DNA from: a virus
Lineage: Duplodnaviria; Heunggongvirae; Uroviricota; Caudoviricetes
Virus record (IMG/VR): IMGVR_UViG_3300037312_000757
Reading direction: 5' to 3' (one strand)
Length of the DNA stretch: 64,000 nucleotides
Part shown: piece by piece, positions 18,591-28,210 of the stretch
How the letters are laid out: every line of letters starts with the position of its first letter
Numbering within the stretch: the first letter of the stretch is position 1
The notes under the pieces: model-generated
Told to the model about the DNA's origin: nothing
The model's database searches: none
The model's input: only the letters and a program-made list of their open reading frames with translations
Position numbers and translations under genes: made by a program

Positions 18591-18917
18591 ATGCGGAGAC
18601 TTTGTTCTGCAGTTGGTGCCATGATTCGCAAGTCATCGAGCAAAGTGAGCAGTTTCTTTGCTCGTTTGTATTTCCGGCACTCGGTTTCGATCAAGTACGA
18701 CAACGAGAGTTACACTGAAGTCTACGACTGGGTGCAGGAAAAAGTTGGTAAGCGGTCTGTCTGGGTGAACTACAACACTGAGACTTGCATTGATGCGAAT
18801 GGCGTAATCGTGCAAATGATTACTGACAATCGTCTGGAGTTCCGCTTCAGAAAGGTCACGGACGCGATTATGTTCAAGCTGACGTTCGTAGACATCCTGT
18901 TTACAAAAACACCGTAG
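18591..18917 (+). CDS. FKLxW-family small protein
   Basis: DWVQEKVG...DAIMFKLTF. Confidence 0.75.
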   Translation: MRRLCSAVGAMIRKSSSKVSSFFARLYFRHSVSIKYDNESYTEVYDWVQEKVGKRSVWVNYNTETCIDANGVIVQMITDNRLEFRFRKVTDAIMFKLTFVDILFTKTP

Positions 18918-18942
18918 AAGCTCTTTTCGCCAGCCTAATACA

Positions 18943-18969
18943 ATGAAGCCCCGCAATGCGGGGCTTCAT
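18943..18969. terminator. Bidirectional terminator
   Basis: ATGAAGCCCCGC-AAT-GCGGGGCTTCAT. Confidence 0.7.
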
Positions 18970-18986
18970 CTTTACAGCTTGTCGGC

Positions 18987-19286
18987 TTAGTGTGCCGTGG
19001 ACGACCAGAAGACCAGGCCCAGGTAGTTGTCGGACGAGATGCGGACGTTGAGGTCCTTGCTCGTATCCTTGACGACCAGTTCCTTAGTGAACTTGCGCAG
19101 CTTGCCTGCAAGTTCCTGATGCTGCTCGGGCGTGAGCTTGACTTGGGTGAGGGGTGCGCCGAAGTCTACAACTACCACAGCGGTTGGGTGCTCCTTACCG
19201 TTGACATGAATCGACGGCTTCACGTGAAGATCGAGGTTGGAGAGGAAAGTTTCCAGGTCTTTACGCGTCGAGAGTTTTGTTGCCAT
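18987..19286 (-). CDS. Hypothetical protein
   Basis: 99 aa ORF with strongly biased codon usage. Confidence 0.7.
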   Translation of the reverse strand: MATKLSTRKDLETFLSNLDLHVKPSIHVNGKEHPTAVVVVDFGAPLTQVKLTPEQHQELAGKLRKFTKELVVKDTSKDLNVRISSDNYLGLVFWSSTAH

Positions 19287-19620
19287 TTTTCTGATTTAAA
19301 TCAAGTACAGCGGACGTTCACTTTATAGGGAATGCATCTGTGCAGTGGAACGTTTTACTGCCAGTTGCTTTCGGTAATGCGTTTACCGTAAGTCGTATTT
19401 TACAGACATATGGCAACCTTGCAACATCTTTGCATAACAAATTCTTAACAATTTACCACAATAGGCAGCGTCACCAAAGAGCCACCATGGTCCTCGTAGA
19501 GTTTGTTCGACTCCAGGTATGTATATGGCAAACTGGCCCCTATAGGGGCCATATAGTTTATGGTAGCCACAAACAACGATGGCTGGGTTTCCCCCAGCCT
19601 TGCGTTTACTGCGTTAGTGC

Positions 19621-20310
19621 TTAGTCGTTCGACGGAGCACGCACACCGATGATCGACAGCAGGTTCACGAACAGGTTCATGAAGTCGAGATACAGGGACA
19701 GCGCACCATTGACTTGCTGGAAGTTGAGTTCGTCAACGTTGTCAGCGTAGTGCAGACCATCGCGGATCTTCTGCGCATCGTAGGCCGTGATCGCCAGGAA
19801 CAGCAGCACCGTGATGATCGAAACGATCAGCGTGAGCGTGGAGCTTTGCACCAAGAAAATGTTCACCAGGCTGACGATGATGATCGCGATCAGACCAACA
19901 AACAAGTATTGACTGAGGCCCGTGATATCACGTTTCGTGAAGTAGCCGTATGCCGACATCGTCAGGAACAGTACAGCCGCCGAGAAGAACGCGAGGAAGA
20001 TCGATGCCGTTGTGTATGCCGCGAATACCCCTGCGAGCAACACGCCCCAGACCGTTGCAAACGCGCCGAACAGTCCGAGCAAGTAGCCCTTCGATGCGCC
20101 CTTTCGCGCCGTCGAGATTGCCGCTGTCAGGCACAGGCTGATGACGAACAGAACGATGAATGCAACGACGTTCGTTGCCATAGCCAGCAGCGGCTTGCTG
20201 CCTTGAACCAGGAACGCGATCAGGCCAGTGTACAACAGTGCGCCGAAGACGTAGTTGTACACCTTGACCATCGCCGAGTTCAGCGACGAAGCCGAGAGAC
20301 TGATACCCAT
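19621..20310 (-). CDS. yccA: Bax inhibitor-1/YccA family membrane protein
   Basis: Seven TM helices, YGY.TKRD, AYDAQKI, ALSLYLDF.NLF; AAGGAG SD. Confidence 0.9.
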   Translation of the reverse strand: MGISLSASSLNSAMVKVYNYVFGALLYTGLIAFLVQGSKPLLAMATNVVAFIVLFVISLCLTAAISTARKGASKGYLLGLFGAFATVWGVLLAGVFAAYTTASIFLAFFSAAVLFLTMSAYGYFTKRDITGLSQYLFVGLIAIIIVSLVNIFLVQSSTLTLIVSIITVLLFLAITAYDAQKIRDGLHYADNVDELNFQQVNGALSLYLDFMNLFVNLLSIIGVRAPSND

Positions 20311-20351
20311 TAGTTTGTTTCTCCTTAAATGGTTTAAAGTAACAACACTGC

Positions 20352-20382
20352 CAATTCTGTGTTCACTTGAACTGGCAGTCAA
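20352..20382 (-). promoter_or_regulatory. Sigma70-type promoter TTGACT-17-CAGAAT with a GTTCAAGTGAAC palindrome in the spacer
   Basis: Near-identical spacer at 47901-47912; variants at 7807 and 41315. Confidence 0.6.
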
Positions 20383-20393
20383 GCACTTTTTAC

Positions 20394-21143
20394 TTAGGAA
20401 CGTTCGCAAATAGCAGAATTTGCACCATGTTCGAAAACTTCAACTGATTTCAGTCGTACCGTCGGGTTCAGTTGCTGGTCACGCGTGTCATCAAGCAGCT
20501 TAGTCACGTAGTCAAACACAAGCTCAGCAAAACGTTCGCAACCCACGCCTGGCACGACGCGCAAGTCAATGGAATGCGCTGTATCAGGATTTTCGGCCAT
20601 AGCCTGCCAGAATGAAAGCATCGGGTCGTCTTCTGCGATTACCATTGTGTGGTCGAACATGTATTCGAGCCATTGCTTGACTGGCTTCAGCCCACCAAAA
20701 TCCATGACCCAGTTACGTTCATCAAGTGTGTCACATTCAAAGATAAACTTCACACCGATTGAATAGCCATGCACCTTGGAGCAGTGTGAGTGAGTCGAAC
20801 GCCATTGACGGAAACAGCAGCTCAGGCCCCTATCGTTACCGAACGTCTTGGTTGACAGGAACTTCTTGGATGGCTTTTCGATGAAATAGCCTTCATTAAT
20901 GAGCGAGCCTACATGTTGTTTGGCTTCATCATCATTCATACCGCTTACGTCTACGTAGAATACACGCCGGTCGTCTTTGTTGACAGCTTTTGCCATTTGA
21001 TCTCGCATTTCGGCGACGTCTTTGTTCAAGGCTGCCTTAATTTCTTCAGCCGCATCAATACCCAGCGATGCTGCCAATTTCACTGATTCGTCGTCAATGC
21101 CAACAGTGAAAGAACCATGCTCAGTGTTATGTTTGATATCCAA
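20394..21143 (-). CDS. queD: 6-carboxy-5,6,7,8-tetrahydropterin synthase QueD with ~90-aa N-terminal extension
   Basis: SHC..VHGYS, NWVMDFGGLK, FDHT, GCERFAE, VEVFEH. Confidence 0.88.
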   Translation of the reverse strand: MDIKHNTEHGSFTVGIDDESVKLAASLGIDAAEEIKAALNKDVAEMRDQMAKAVNKDDRRVFYVDVSGMNDDEAKQHVGSLINEGYFIEKPSKKFLSTKTFGNDRGLSCCFRQWRSTHSHCSKVHGYSIGVKFIFECDTLDERNWVMDFGGLKPVKQWLEYMFDHTMVIAEDDPMLSFWQAMAENPDTAHSIDLRVVPGVGCERFAELVFDYVTKLLDDTRDQQLNPTVRLKSVEVFEHGANSAICERS

Positions 21144-21169
21144 TTTATTACCTTCTTGTTATGGTTGAA

Positions 21170-21212
21170 GGCCCCAGAATTTTTATAGAGGGATGACGCC
21201 ACCTGTCCTCTT
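21170..21212 (-). promoter_or_regulatory. preQ1-I-like riboswitch candidate in the queD leader
   Basis: AGAGG-loop15-CCUCU-AUAAAAA-UUCUG; loop CAGG can pair with UCUG. Confidence 0.55.
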
Positions 21213-21295
21213 TGCGTTTCCGCGACTTACTAAATAACAGTGATTATACTTATGTCGCGTTTGGCAACCAATAATCATATTTACGGAGACAAAGA

Positions 21296-21805
21296 ATGAG
21301 TACAGGTATTTTTAAGACAACAGCGCTGCGCGTGATGGGTTCAGCAGATGTATGGACAGCACAGAATCCAATCCTCGAAAACGGCCAGATTGGCGTCGAG
21401 ATCGATTCAAACAAGGCTAAGATCGGTGACGGTCAAACAGCATGGAACGCGCTTGCATATATCGGTGCTTCAACAAGTGCAGTCACATCTGTTGCTGGTA
21501 AAACAGGCGCCGTTGCTCTGTCAGTCGTAGACATTTTGGGTGCCGCCCCAATCGCAAGCCCAGTATTCACTGGCACCGTTTCAGTTCCAACAGCGCCAGC
21601 TGGTGATAATTCAACAAAGGCAGCATCAACAGCGTTTGTTGCATCAGCTATCGCTGGTATTCCTGGCTATGTTTTGCCAGCAGCAACAACAGGTACAATC
21701 GGTGGTGTTAAGAAGCTTGCCGCAATCGCTGACCTGACAGCAGCACCAACACAAGATGACTTCAACAAGCTGCTGGCAGCAATGCGCGCCGCTGGTCTGA
21801 TGTAA
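21296..21805 (+). CDS. Head/tail fibre or decoration protein
   Basis: NPIL..GQIGVE.D..K.KIGDG..W..L, VTSVAGKTGAV, APTQDDFNKLLAAMR head-fibre tail; TAAATA late promoter. Confidence 0.8.
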   Translation: MSTGIFKTTALRVMGSADVWTAQNPILENGQIGVEIDSNKAKIGDGQTAWNALAYIGASTSAVTSVAGKTGAVALSVVDILGAAPIASPVFTGTVSVPTAPAGDNSTKAASTAFVASAIAGIPGYVLPAATTGTIGGVKKLAAIADLTAAPTQDDFNKLLAAMRAAGLM

Positions 21806-21865
21806 TCAATTTTGTAATTGATGAAGAAAGCCCTATATACTAGGGCTTTCTTTTTGAGTAAAATT

Positions 21866-22222
21866 ATGGAAGACAATGACAAAGAAGAATGGATGCGTGC
21901 CATCAACGGAGTGCAACCACTAGATCAAAAGCAAACTATCTCTATGAAGAATGTGCCGGTCTTTACGGGCCCGACAAAGGAAGTTCTAACATATGACCTA
22001 CACGGTATGACTGTTCAGCAAGCATTCGACCACACCATCAAGCTTTGTGCTCGTGGCTATGAATGCAATATGAGTCAGATCACGATTGTCACAGGAAAGA
22101 GCGGGCAAATTCGGCGCGAATTCGAAGCGTGGCTGGAAAATCCAAGTATCAGCCGATATGTTCGTGGATTCCGTCCGTTACCTAACGGTGGGAGCTTCTA
22201 CGTGTACCTTCGCAAACGCTGA
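21866..22222 (+). CDS. Smr-domain protein
   Basis: DLHGMT..QA, IVTGKSG, WL, NGGSFYV; W.RA..GV.PL N-terminus as in SmrA/B. Confidence 0.85.
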   Translation: MEDNDKEEWMRAINGVQPLDQKQTISMKNVPVFTGPTKEVLTYDLHGMTVQQAFDHTIKLCARGYECNMSQITIVTGKSGQIRREFEAWLENPSISRYVRGFRPLPNGGSFYVYLRKR

Positions 22223-22840
22223 TCGCAAGAAAGCCAGGTTCTTATACAGCTTCTTATTCATTCTGCGATACTCTTCAGTATCAGAACCAAAGCGTTCATA
22301 GAACACAGCCAAATGCAAACACTCGTCAAGACTGACTGCGCTGCCTTTTGACAGCAAGTCAGTCTTCTTCTTCACGAACAGCTCATATGCAACATCATTT
22401 GCATATGCATCAATCTCATGCTTGTTAGCCAGGTATTCTTTCGAGTATATGAGCCCGCGAGCATGCTTACCACTTTTACGAATGCTCTTGTGCTGCTCAC
22501 GGTGCGTAAGTTCATGGACCATCGCCTGTACGATCTTCATGCAAAGATCAGCGATGAATGGTTTTGACATCACGTGTTTGTCTTCATCATAGAAGAACGT
22601 GATGTCAATTGAGGTAGGATGATGGGAATCAGTGTATTCGAACATTCCTTGAACGGCCAGCCCACCGGCATCGTGTACTGAAAACTGGCGGAATGTTACA
22701 CCATGTTGACGACCCAATTTCTTATTGAGTGCAACGCGTATCGTGCTTGTCTTTACGGTCTTACCAGAGTAAGCAGCCAAAATGGCGCTTACCTGCTTAT
22801 GGAGTGTTGCTGCTCGTTTGAGAATCCGCTGAGATATCAT
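22178..22840 (-). CDS. Zincin-like HExxH metallopeptidase-fold protein
   Basis: VHELTH..Q, YL....EIDAYA. Confidence 0.65.
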   Translation of the reverse strand: MISQRILKRAATLHKQVSAILAAYSGKTVKTSTIRVALNKKLGRQHGVTFRQFSVHDAGGLAVQGMFEYTDSHHPTSIDITFFYDEDKHVMSKPFIADLCMKIVQAMVHELTHREQHKSIRKSGKHARGLIYSKEYLANKHEIDAYANDVAYELFVKKKTDLLSKGSAVSLDECLHLAVFYERFGSDTEEYRRMNKKLYKNLAFLRSAFAKVHVEAPTVR

Positions 22841-23291
22841 TTGATGAAGCTTTGTTGAGGGCGTCCTCTAACAATTTATCAAATGAGATTCCCGCCGCCA
22901 ACAAAGCATTGAGCTTGTCGAGAGCTTCATCTGAAAGATTCAGCTCTATGTATTCGTCCTGAGTGAGGTCAACTTCGTGGTTCTTGAAGCTCTCTTCCGC
23001 CCACAGGATAGCCACACTGTAGCTATCGAGACGATTGAATCGTGCTCCACGCGTAGTCACTTCACGATAGAAATCTACTTCTTTCGCTTCAATCACCCAA
23101 ACATACTGCTCGCCAGGTGCATTGACTGGGGTGATTAACAAGCCAAATACGCATTTTGATCGTTCGTTGAAGATGACAGACACGTTGTTGAAGTCCATCA
23201 AGCGAGTGCCTTTCGGAAAACAGTCCCACGCAAACGAACATCCACCTTCAATTTGGTACTTGAATTTTTCGATCAAATAGTCAATGTGCAT
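22797..23291 (-). CDS. Hypothetical protein (paralog of 23410-23892)
   Basis: Shared F.Y.I, V.F, W, and C-terminal L.D....L..AL layout. Confidence 0.65.
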   Translation of the reverse strand: MHIDYLIEKFKYQIEGGCSFAWDCFPKGTRLMDFNNVSVIFNERSKCVFGLLITPVNAPGEQYVWVIEAKEVDFYREVTTRGARFNRLDSYSVAILWAEESFKNHEVDLTQDEYIELNLSDEALDKLNALLAAGISFDKLLEDALNKASSNDISADSQTSSNTP

Positions 23292-23409
23292 TTTATAGCT
23301 TAACACTTTTTAGGAAATGTACCAAGTCGAAGACACGCACAGGGCGAACAGTACGGTCTGATACTCTGCCTCGCAGAACAGCACGTAATCATAAATGTCG
23401 ATCAGCGCG

Positions 23410-23892
23410 TTATGAAGTTTTTGTATCATTTGGTATATTTGTGATATAGTCTCGAAGCGCAAGATTCACCAGTTCATCTATGGTAACATCATGGTGAGCG
23501 GCAGCAATCTCAAGTCGCTCACGCTCATCGTCTTCAAGATCGAATGTGACATAATTGAGCAAGCCCACATCAACGTCCTTACCATCGCGCCGTTGCTGCA
23601 CCATTTGCAGAGCACGATCAAGCGTCGGGATGATATCATGCCAGTCGATGGCCCGATTTCCGTCCTTCAACACTTCTTCGATAAAGTCTGTGTGAATCCA
23701 GTACAGCACATCATCATAGAAATCACTCCAGACTGAGATCTGCCGTATATCACCAGATTTGCTATCAAACACAAGTTCAACGTTTGGTGTTATTTCAACT
23801 TCATGCGAGAACTGTCCGTATTTCACGTTGTAACACGGACGAATCTCGAAGATGTCATATCCAAACCTAGCCAAGAACTCGTGAAACTTCAT
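23410..23892 (-). CDS. Hypothetical protein (paralog of 22797-23291)
   Basis: C-terminal RHH-like AAAHHDVTIDELVNLAL. Confidence 0.65.
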   Translation of the reverse strand: MKFHEFLARFGYDIFEIRPCYNVKYGQFSHEVEITPNVELVFDSKSGDIRQISVWSDFYDDVLYWIHTDFIEEVLKDGNRAIDWHDIIPTLDRALQMVQQRRDGKDVDVGLLNYVTFDLEDDERERLEIAAAHHDVTIDELVNLALRDYITNIPNDTKTS

Positions 23893-24926
23893 TATGACTT
23901 CCCGAAGACTTCATTGATTTGCTGGGTGACGCGGACAAATGTAGTTCGCTTGCTTAGTTCTTTCAAAGTTGGAGCACCCGTGTACGTGCAAGCGCTTCTG
24001 ATACCGCCTAGAATGCCCTGGACGGTGCTTGCAACAGGACCCCGATATGGGACTTGAACTGTCTTGCCTTCGCTGGCACGGTACTCCGCAACACCACCAG
24101 CATACTTGTTCATTGCGGTGTCAGAGCTCATGCCATAAAACTGCTTGAACATCTCACCGTTCTTCATGACAATATCACCAGCTGATTCGTCATGGCCGGC
24201 CAACATACCACCAAGCATTACATAATCAGCACCAGCACCGAATGCCTTTGCGAGATCACCAGGTACTGTGCAGCCACCGTCAGCACAGATCAGGCCCTTC
24301 ACTCCGTGCGCTGCGTCTGCGCATTCGATGATTGCTGACAGTTGTGGATAGCCGACACCAGTCATCTTGCGTGTCGTGCAAACAGAACCAGGACCAATAC
24401 CAACCTTGACAATATCAGCGCCGGAGAGGATTAGTTGTTCGGCCATTTCACCAGTTACAACGTTACCAGCCATGATCAGTAGATCCGGGTAGAACTTGCG
24501 AAGTTTTTCAATGAATTGAACGAAAGTTTCTGAGTAGCCGTTCGCCACATCGACACAGACTTTCGATATGGGTTGCTGATGGTACACATCAACAAACTTC
24601 TTATAGTCAGCATCACCAATCCCCATGCTATAGAAGCTGAAGTTTTGTGCTGACGTTTGAGAAAAGTGATGAATGAGATCTGCTTCAGAGAAATGCTTCT
24701 GCAGAGCAGTCATCATTTGATGATCCTTCAGAGCTTCGAACATCTCGAAGGTGCCAGTCGTGTCCATATTCGCAGCAATGATTGGCACGCCGTTCCACGT
24801 TTGCTTTGCGTGAGGGAATTTAAATGAACGAGTGATGTCGACTTCTTTTCGTGAGGAAAGAGTTGATCGTTTTGGACGGATTAAGACGTCCTTGAAATCA
24901 AGTTTTACTTCTGTCTCGATGCGCAT
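23892..24926 (-). CDS. guaC: GMP reductase
   Basis: [45 protein letters not shown]. Confidence 0.96.
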   Translation of the reverse strand: MRIETEVKLDFKDVLIRPKRSTLSSRKEVDITRSFKFPHAKQTWNGVPIIAANMDTTGTFEMFEALKDHQMMTALQKHFSEADLIHHFSQTSAQNFSFYSMGIGDADYKKFVDVYHQQPISKVCVDVANGYSETFVQFIEKLRKFYPDLLIMAGNVVTGEMAEQLILSGADIVKVGIGPGSVCTTRKMTGVGYPQLSAIIECADAAHGVKGLICADGGCTVPGDLAKAFGAGADYVMLGGMLAGHDESAGDIVMKNGEMFKQFYGMSSDTAMNKYAGGVAEYRASEGKTVQVPYRGPVASTVQGILGGIRSACTYTGAPTLKELSKRTTFVRVTQQINEVFGKS

Positions 24927-25039
24927 GTATAACTCCTTAACATGAGCATTCTAAGGAATGGCTACCGTGCTTGCAACATATTTTTGCCATTCATAATGAA
25001 GGGGAGCATTGCTCCCCTTCATCTAGCCTACGCTTTTGT

Positions 25040-25558
25040 TTACGCAGCCTTGATCGGTTCATCTACGATCACCTTGTTGAAGATATAGATCGCTTGATGC
25101 GCGTTCTTGAAGTAGATGCCTTTGCCACCTGCCTTCTCCCACGGCTTCAAGTTGTAGATCATGTCGTCAAAAAGGATGTCACCCGGTGCCGTCATGTGAA
25201 GCGGCTTTTCCTTGCTCAAACACGTGATCACCTGGAGCTCCTCGCCGTGCATTTCACGGTAAGAAGGTCCAAGATGTTTCATGTAATAAGCGTGCTTGGC
25301 TTCAGCAGCCAAGTCGTAGCCGATACGCGGGCATCCAGTCAAGATCCGTGGTTTGTACGGAAGAATGGAACCCCAGTAATATTCCCAATCGGGCATAAGT
25401 GGCAGCTCTTCAAAGAACTGACCTTGGGTATCAGCGATCATCTGTTGCCAGACTTCGACTTTCAGGCCCTTGATGTTGACACCGAAGCGTTCCTCGAAGC
25501 CAAGATCGAAGTTAGCCACAACACCGTCACCGTCTGAAAACACACAACCACTGAACAT
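25040..25558 (-). CDS. HAD-family 5'(3')-deoxyribonucleotidase
   Basis: DGDGVVANF, ILTG.P, K, DILFDD, W..AGG.GI. Confidence 0.8.
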   Translation of the reverse strand: MFSGCVFSDGDGVVANFDLGFEERFGVNIKGLKVEVWQQMIADTQGQFFEELPLMPDWEYYWGSILPYKPRILTGCPRIGYDLAAEAKHAYYMKHLGPSYREMHGEELQVITCLSKEKPLHMTAPGDILFDDMIYNLKPWEKAGGKGIYFKNAHQAIYIFNKVIVDEPIKAA

Positions 25559-25683
25559 TCTTACTTCCCCTTGTTAGTTAGACAAAGCAATCTGTAAGTA
25601 TCCCAAGCCCATCGTAAACTGATCGTAAAAGCAGATCATCATGTAGATGATCAACACACAAATTAATGTGTCACGAACAGCTT

Positions 25684-25875
25684 TCATACGATTATGCCAT
25701 TGCTCTCGAAGGCCAGGCCGGCAGCTCGACCTTCAAACACTTTACCCTGCCGGTGTAACTGAAGCACAAGGTTTGTGCCGACTACAGCCGCTTTTATGGT
25801 GTTTGCCGTCATTGACAGCACGTCTGCAAGAACTGTTTTACCAGTCTGTTCACACGTCACTTTAATTTGGTCCAT
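25684..25875 (-). CDS. Hypothetical protein
   Basis: GAGG SD; TTGACT-17-TATAGT promoter. Confidence 0.65.
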   Translation of the reverse strand: MDQIKVTCEQTGKTVLADVLSMTANTIKAAVVGTNLVLQLHRQGKVFEGRAAGLAFESNGIIV

Positions 25876-25930
25876 AGTCGTCCTCGCGCCATTTTTCTAC
25901 TATAAAGACTGGCAACAACCAAGTCAACTG

Positions 25931-26161
25931 TTATTTATCAGTAGGTGGTTTGCGTTCGACTACTTTAGTGACCATTTCGTTAGCACTGGCCGGATCGTTG
26001 ACATAACGAGTGATGACGACACGCCCTTCGTCGTCAATGGACCATTGCAGGAGGTCGTCAACTTCAAGACCAAGTTCGGTGATGATTTCTTGTGGCAGAT
26101 CGAGCATCATTTCACCACTTTCTTCATCAAAATATGTTTGTGCTGTTTGGGCTTGTCCCAT
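25931..26161 (-). CDS. AbrB/MazE-like DNA-binding protein
   Basis: GEMMLDLPQEI..ELG..VDD.L.W..D..G.V.I. Confidence 0.7.
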   Translation of the reverse strand: MGQAQTAQTYFDEESGEMMLDLPQEIITELGLEVDDLLQWSIDDEGRVVITRYVNDPASANEMVTKVVERKPPTDK

Positions 26162-26162
26162 T

Positions 26163-26474
26163 TTATTTTTCTTCCACTGCTGTAATTTGTTCGTAAAACA
26201 TCAACATGAACATAAAGGCTTCGCTCTCCGTTTCGAAGCCAATACCGTCACTTTTCAACTCTGGGTGATACGTGATTCTCGACGTCACCACATTTGACGT
26301 TGCTCGCCATTCCCTAACGGAATCATACAAACACCTTTTCTTTGGCAAGTAATTGACGAAATAATCCCGGTACCCTTCCACACGTCCCGGCTGGTGTCGT
26401 TCATCCCATGTCACCCACCAACTGAAACGACTATTCTTCGTCCCAGATGGCATTTGGTATTGCCTCAGCTTCAC
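26163..26474 (-). CDS. FKLxW-family small protein
   Basis: GFETESEAFMFMLMF. Confidence 0.7.
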   Translation of the reverse strand: MKLRQYQMPSGTKNSRFSWWVTWDERHQPGRVEGYRDYFVNYLPKKRCLYDSVREWRATSNVVTSRITYHPELKSDGIGFETESEAFMFMLMFYEQITAVEEK

Positions 26475-26731
26475 TGGAACACCTCGTGATGACAGAAAGT
26501 CATGTAGAAGTGAATTGCTTCTATCTCTTCTCGGAAGCCAAAACCAGATAGCCCACCAACTCTAGACTTCAGCAGACAATTATAGGAATGAACTCTGATG
26601 AACTCCTGCATTTCGTTAATGGCTTTAGAGACACGTTTGTCCTTAGCGCCAAGTTCCGAAATGAAGTTGTTTGTTTCCCAAGTGACCCACCACTTGAAAA
26701 ACATTTCGTGTTCATCCTTTGTTATTTTCAT
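26471..26731 (-). CDS. FKLxW-family small protein
   Basis: GFREEIEAIHFYMTF; shares WWVTW with the previous gene. Confidence 0.7.
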   Translation of the reverse strand: MKITKDEHEMFFKWWVTWETNNFISELGAKDKRVSKAINEMQEFIRVHSYNCLLKSRVGGLSGFGFREEIEAIHFYMTFCHHEVFQ

Positions 26732-27033
26732 TTTGCTAACGGTATATCGAGATGAGTCAATCTGAACAGAACCGCATCTGTTTCATTGTCAAACCGCAAT
26801 ACAGCATGGTGTCCAGTTTCTTTGCTGAAATCAACAGTCCAACCCATTATACCAACATGTTCAGTAATCCAAGCTTTGATTTCAGCTTCAGCTCGAGCTT
26901 GATTATATTTTGCCCAATTGATCGAATGACGGCTAATGGCCAGTGTAGTTATTTCACCCCGAAGATGAGCAGTAGTGGGCCATTTTAATGGCTTGACATT
27001 AGAAATGTCGAATGCGTAAGTCACAGCATCCAC
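26728..27033 (-). CDS. FKLxW-family small protein
   Basis: WITEHVG...DAVLFRLT. Confidence 0.75.
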   Translation of the reverse strand: MDAVTYAFDISNVKPLKWPTTAHLRGEITTLAISRHSINWAKYNQARAEAEIKAWITEHVGIMGWTVDFSKETGHHAVLRFDNETDAVLFRLTHLDIPLAK

Positions 27034-27293
27034 TTCAATTTAAAATACGTCGCCAATTTATCATCTTTAATGAGCAAATATGCACACACTCGACTAAGAT
27101 GAGACCATTCAAAATGAACAAGCCAGGTATCATCGCCTTCTGATGTAGCAAGTTCTTCGGTCAACCACTTTCTGACCTTGCCTGCCCGCAAGATATTCTC
27201 AGCTGATTTTAGAGATTTGTATTGATTCCATTCAACATCAGGAACAATGTGTGAAATCTCAAACAACCAACCATCTTGTTCTTGTTCTACCAT
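27021..27293 (-). CDS. FKLxW-family small protein
   Basis: WLTEE...LATYFKLKW. Confidence 0.75.
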   Translation of the reverse strand: MVEQEQDGWLFEISHIVPDVEWNQYKSLKSAENILRAGKVRKWLTEELATSEGDDTWLVHFEWSHLSRVCAYLLIKDDKLATYFKLKWML

Positions 27294-27559
27294 GTCAACA
27301 TGAATTCGAACGCATCATTATAACTGGTAAATCCAATCCAAGTGCCATCCGCATAAACCCGAACTTCACCTTCCATGTTCGCCTGGACCCACAACCAGAA
27401 ATCGTGCTTGAAACTTTCGTGCTCCCATTCCAAGTCAGCATTCACGAAAAATTGACATTTGCATGGCCTGCCGAAGTCGACGAAACGTTCGGGAGCCAGC
27501 AACACATCTTTGGAAATCTCAGAATTTTTCGCAATAAAAGCTTGGCGTTCGTAAATCAT
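27287..27559 (-). CDS. FKLxW-family small protein
   Basis: GGAG SD at MIYERQ; WVQAN...DAFEFMLTW. Confidence 0.72.
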   Translation of the reverse strand: MIYERQAFIAKNSEISKDVLLAPERFVDFGRPCKCQFFVNADLEWEHESFKHDFWLWVQANMEGEVRVYADGTWIGFTSYNDAFEFMLTW

Positions 27560-27650
27560 GTTTTCTCCAGAGATCATCGTGAAGCAGAAATGGCACGAAT
27601 GCCAAATTGCTTCGTTAATTATAACAAATTTGTAAAATGGCAACTAGACG

Positions 27651-27923
27651 TCAGAACGAGTCTTTCACCAGGGCAAATTCAACTGCAATGGTGTCATCCT
27701 CGATTTCTATTTCGTAGATGAAGCACCAGTTTCTGAATTTACCAACATTCGTCTTAATCGTCATATTCCAACCGTCACCTTCTACGGTGTCGATATTTGG
27801 ACTAAACGAATAATCTGCTCTATTGGTTGTCCTTGCGACTAACCAATCAATTACTTTGGGCTTGAATGAAACGATATTGTCATCATCCATGCCCTTTGTG
27901 ATACAAAAAACATTCACAACCAA
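27651..27923 (-). CDS. FKLxW-family small protein
   Basis: IEDDTIAVEFAL. Confidence 0.72.
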   Translation of the reverse strand: MVVNVFCITKGMDDDNIVSFKPKVIDWLVARTTNRADYSFSPNIDTVEGDGWNMTIKTNVGKFRNWCFIYEIEIEDDTIAVEFALVKDSF

Positions 27924-28210
27924 TCCCGTATGATAAGTGCGAGCGCTACAGCTAACACTTCATCATCGATCTCGAATTCGAGATGCATCATGGTGTTTTC
28001 AAAGTCGAATCGGTAATACATGTTCCAGCCTTTACCTGGTAGCTTGTCCAAGTAAAATTCATCCTCAATACCCTTAGACTCCATTTCACCAACACATGGC
28101 CCAATGTTTTCGGTGAGCCAGCTGATTGACTTGTTGATGAATCGGTGGTGTCCTACAGGAACATCATTTACTTTGAACGTTGCCATTGGTGACTGTCCGC
28201 TTAATTTCAT
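27914..28210 (-). CDS. FKLxW-family small protein
   Basis: WLTENIG, GKGW, IDDEVLAVALAL. Confidence 0.75.
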   Translation of the reverse strand: MKLSGQSPMATFKVNDVPVGHHRFINKSISWLTENIGPCVGEMESKGIEDEFYLDKLPGKGWNMYYRFDFENTMMHLEFEIDDEVLAVALALIIRDWL

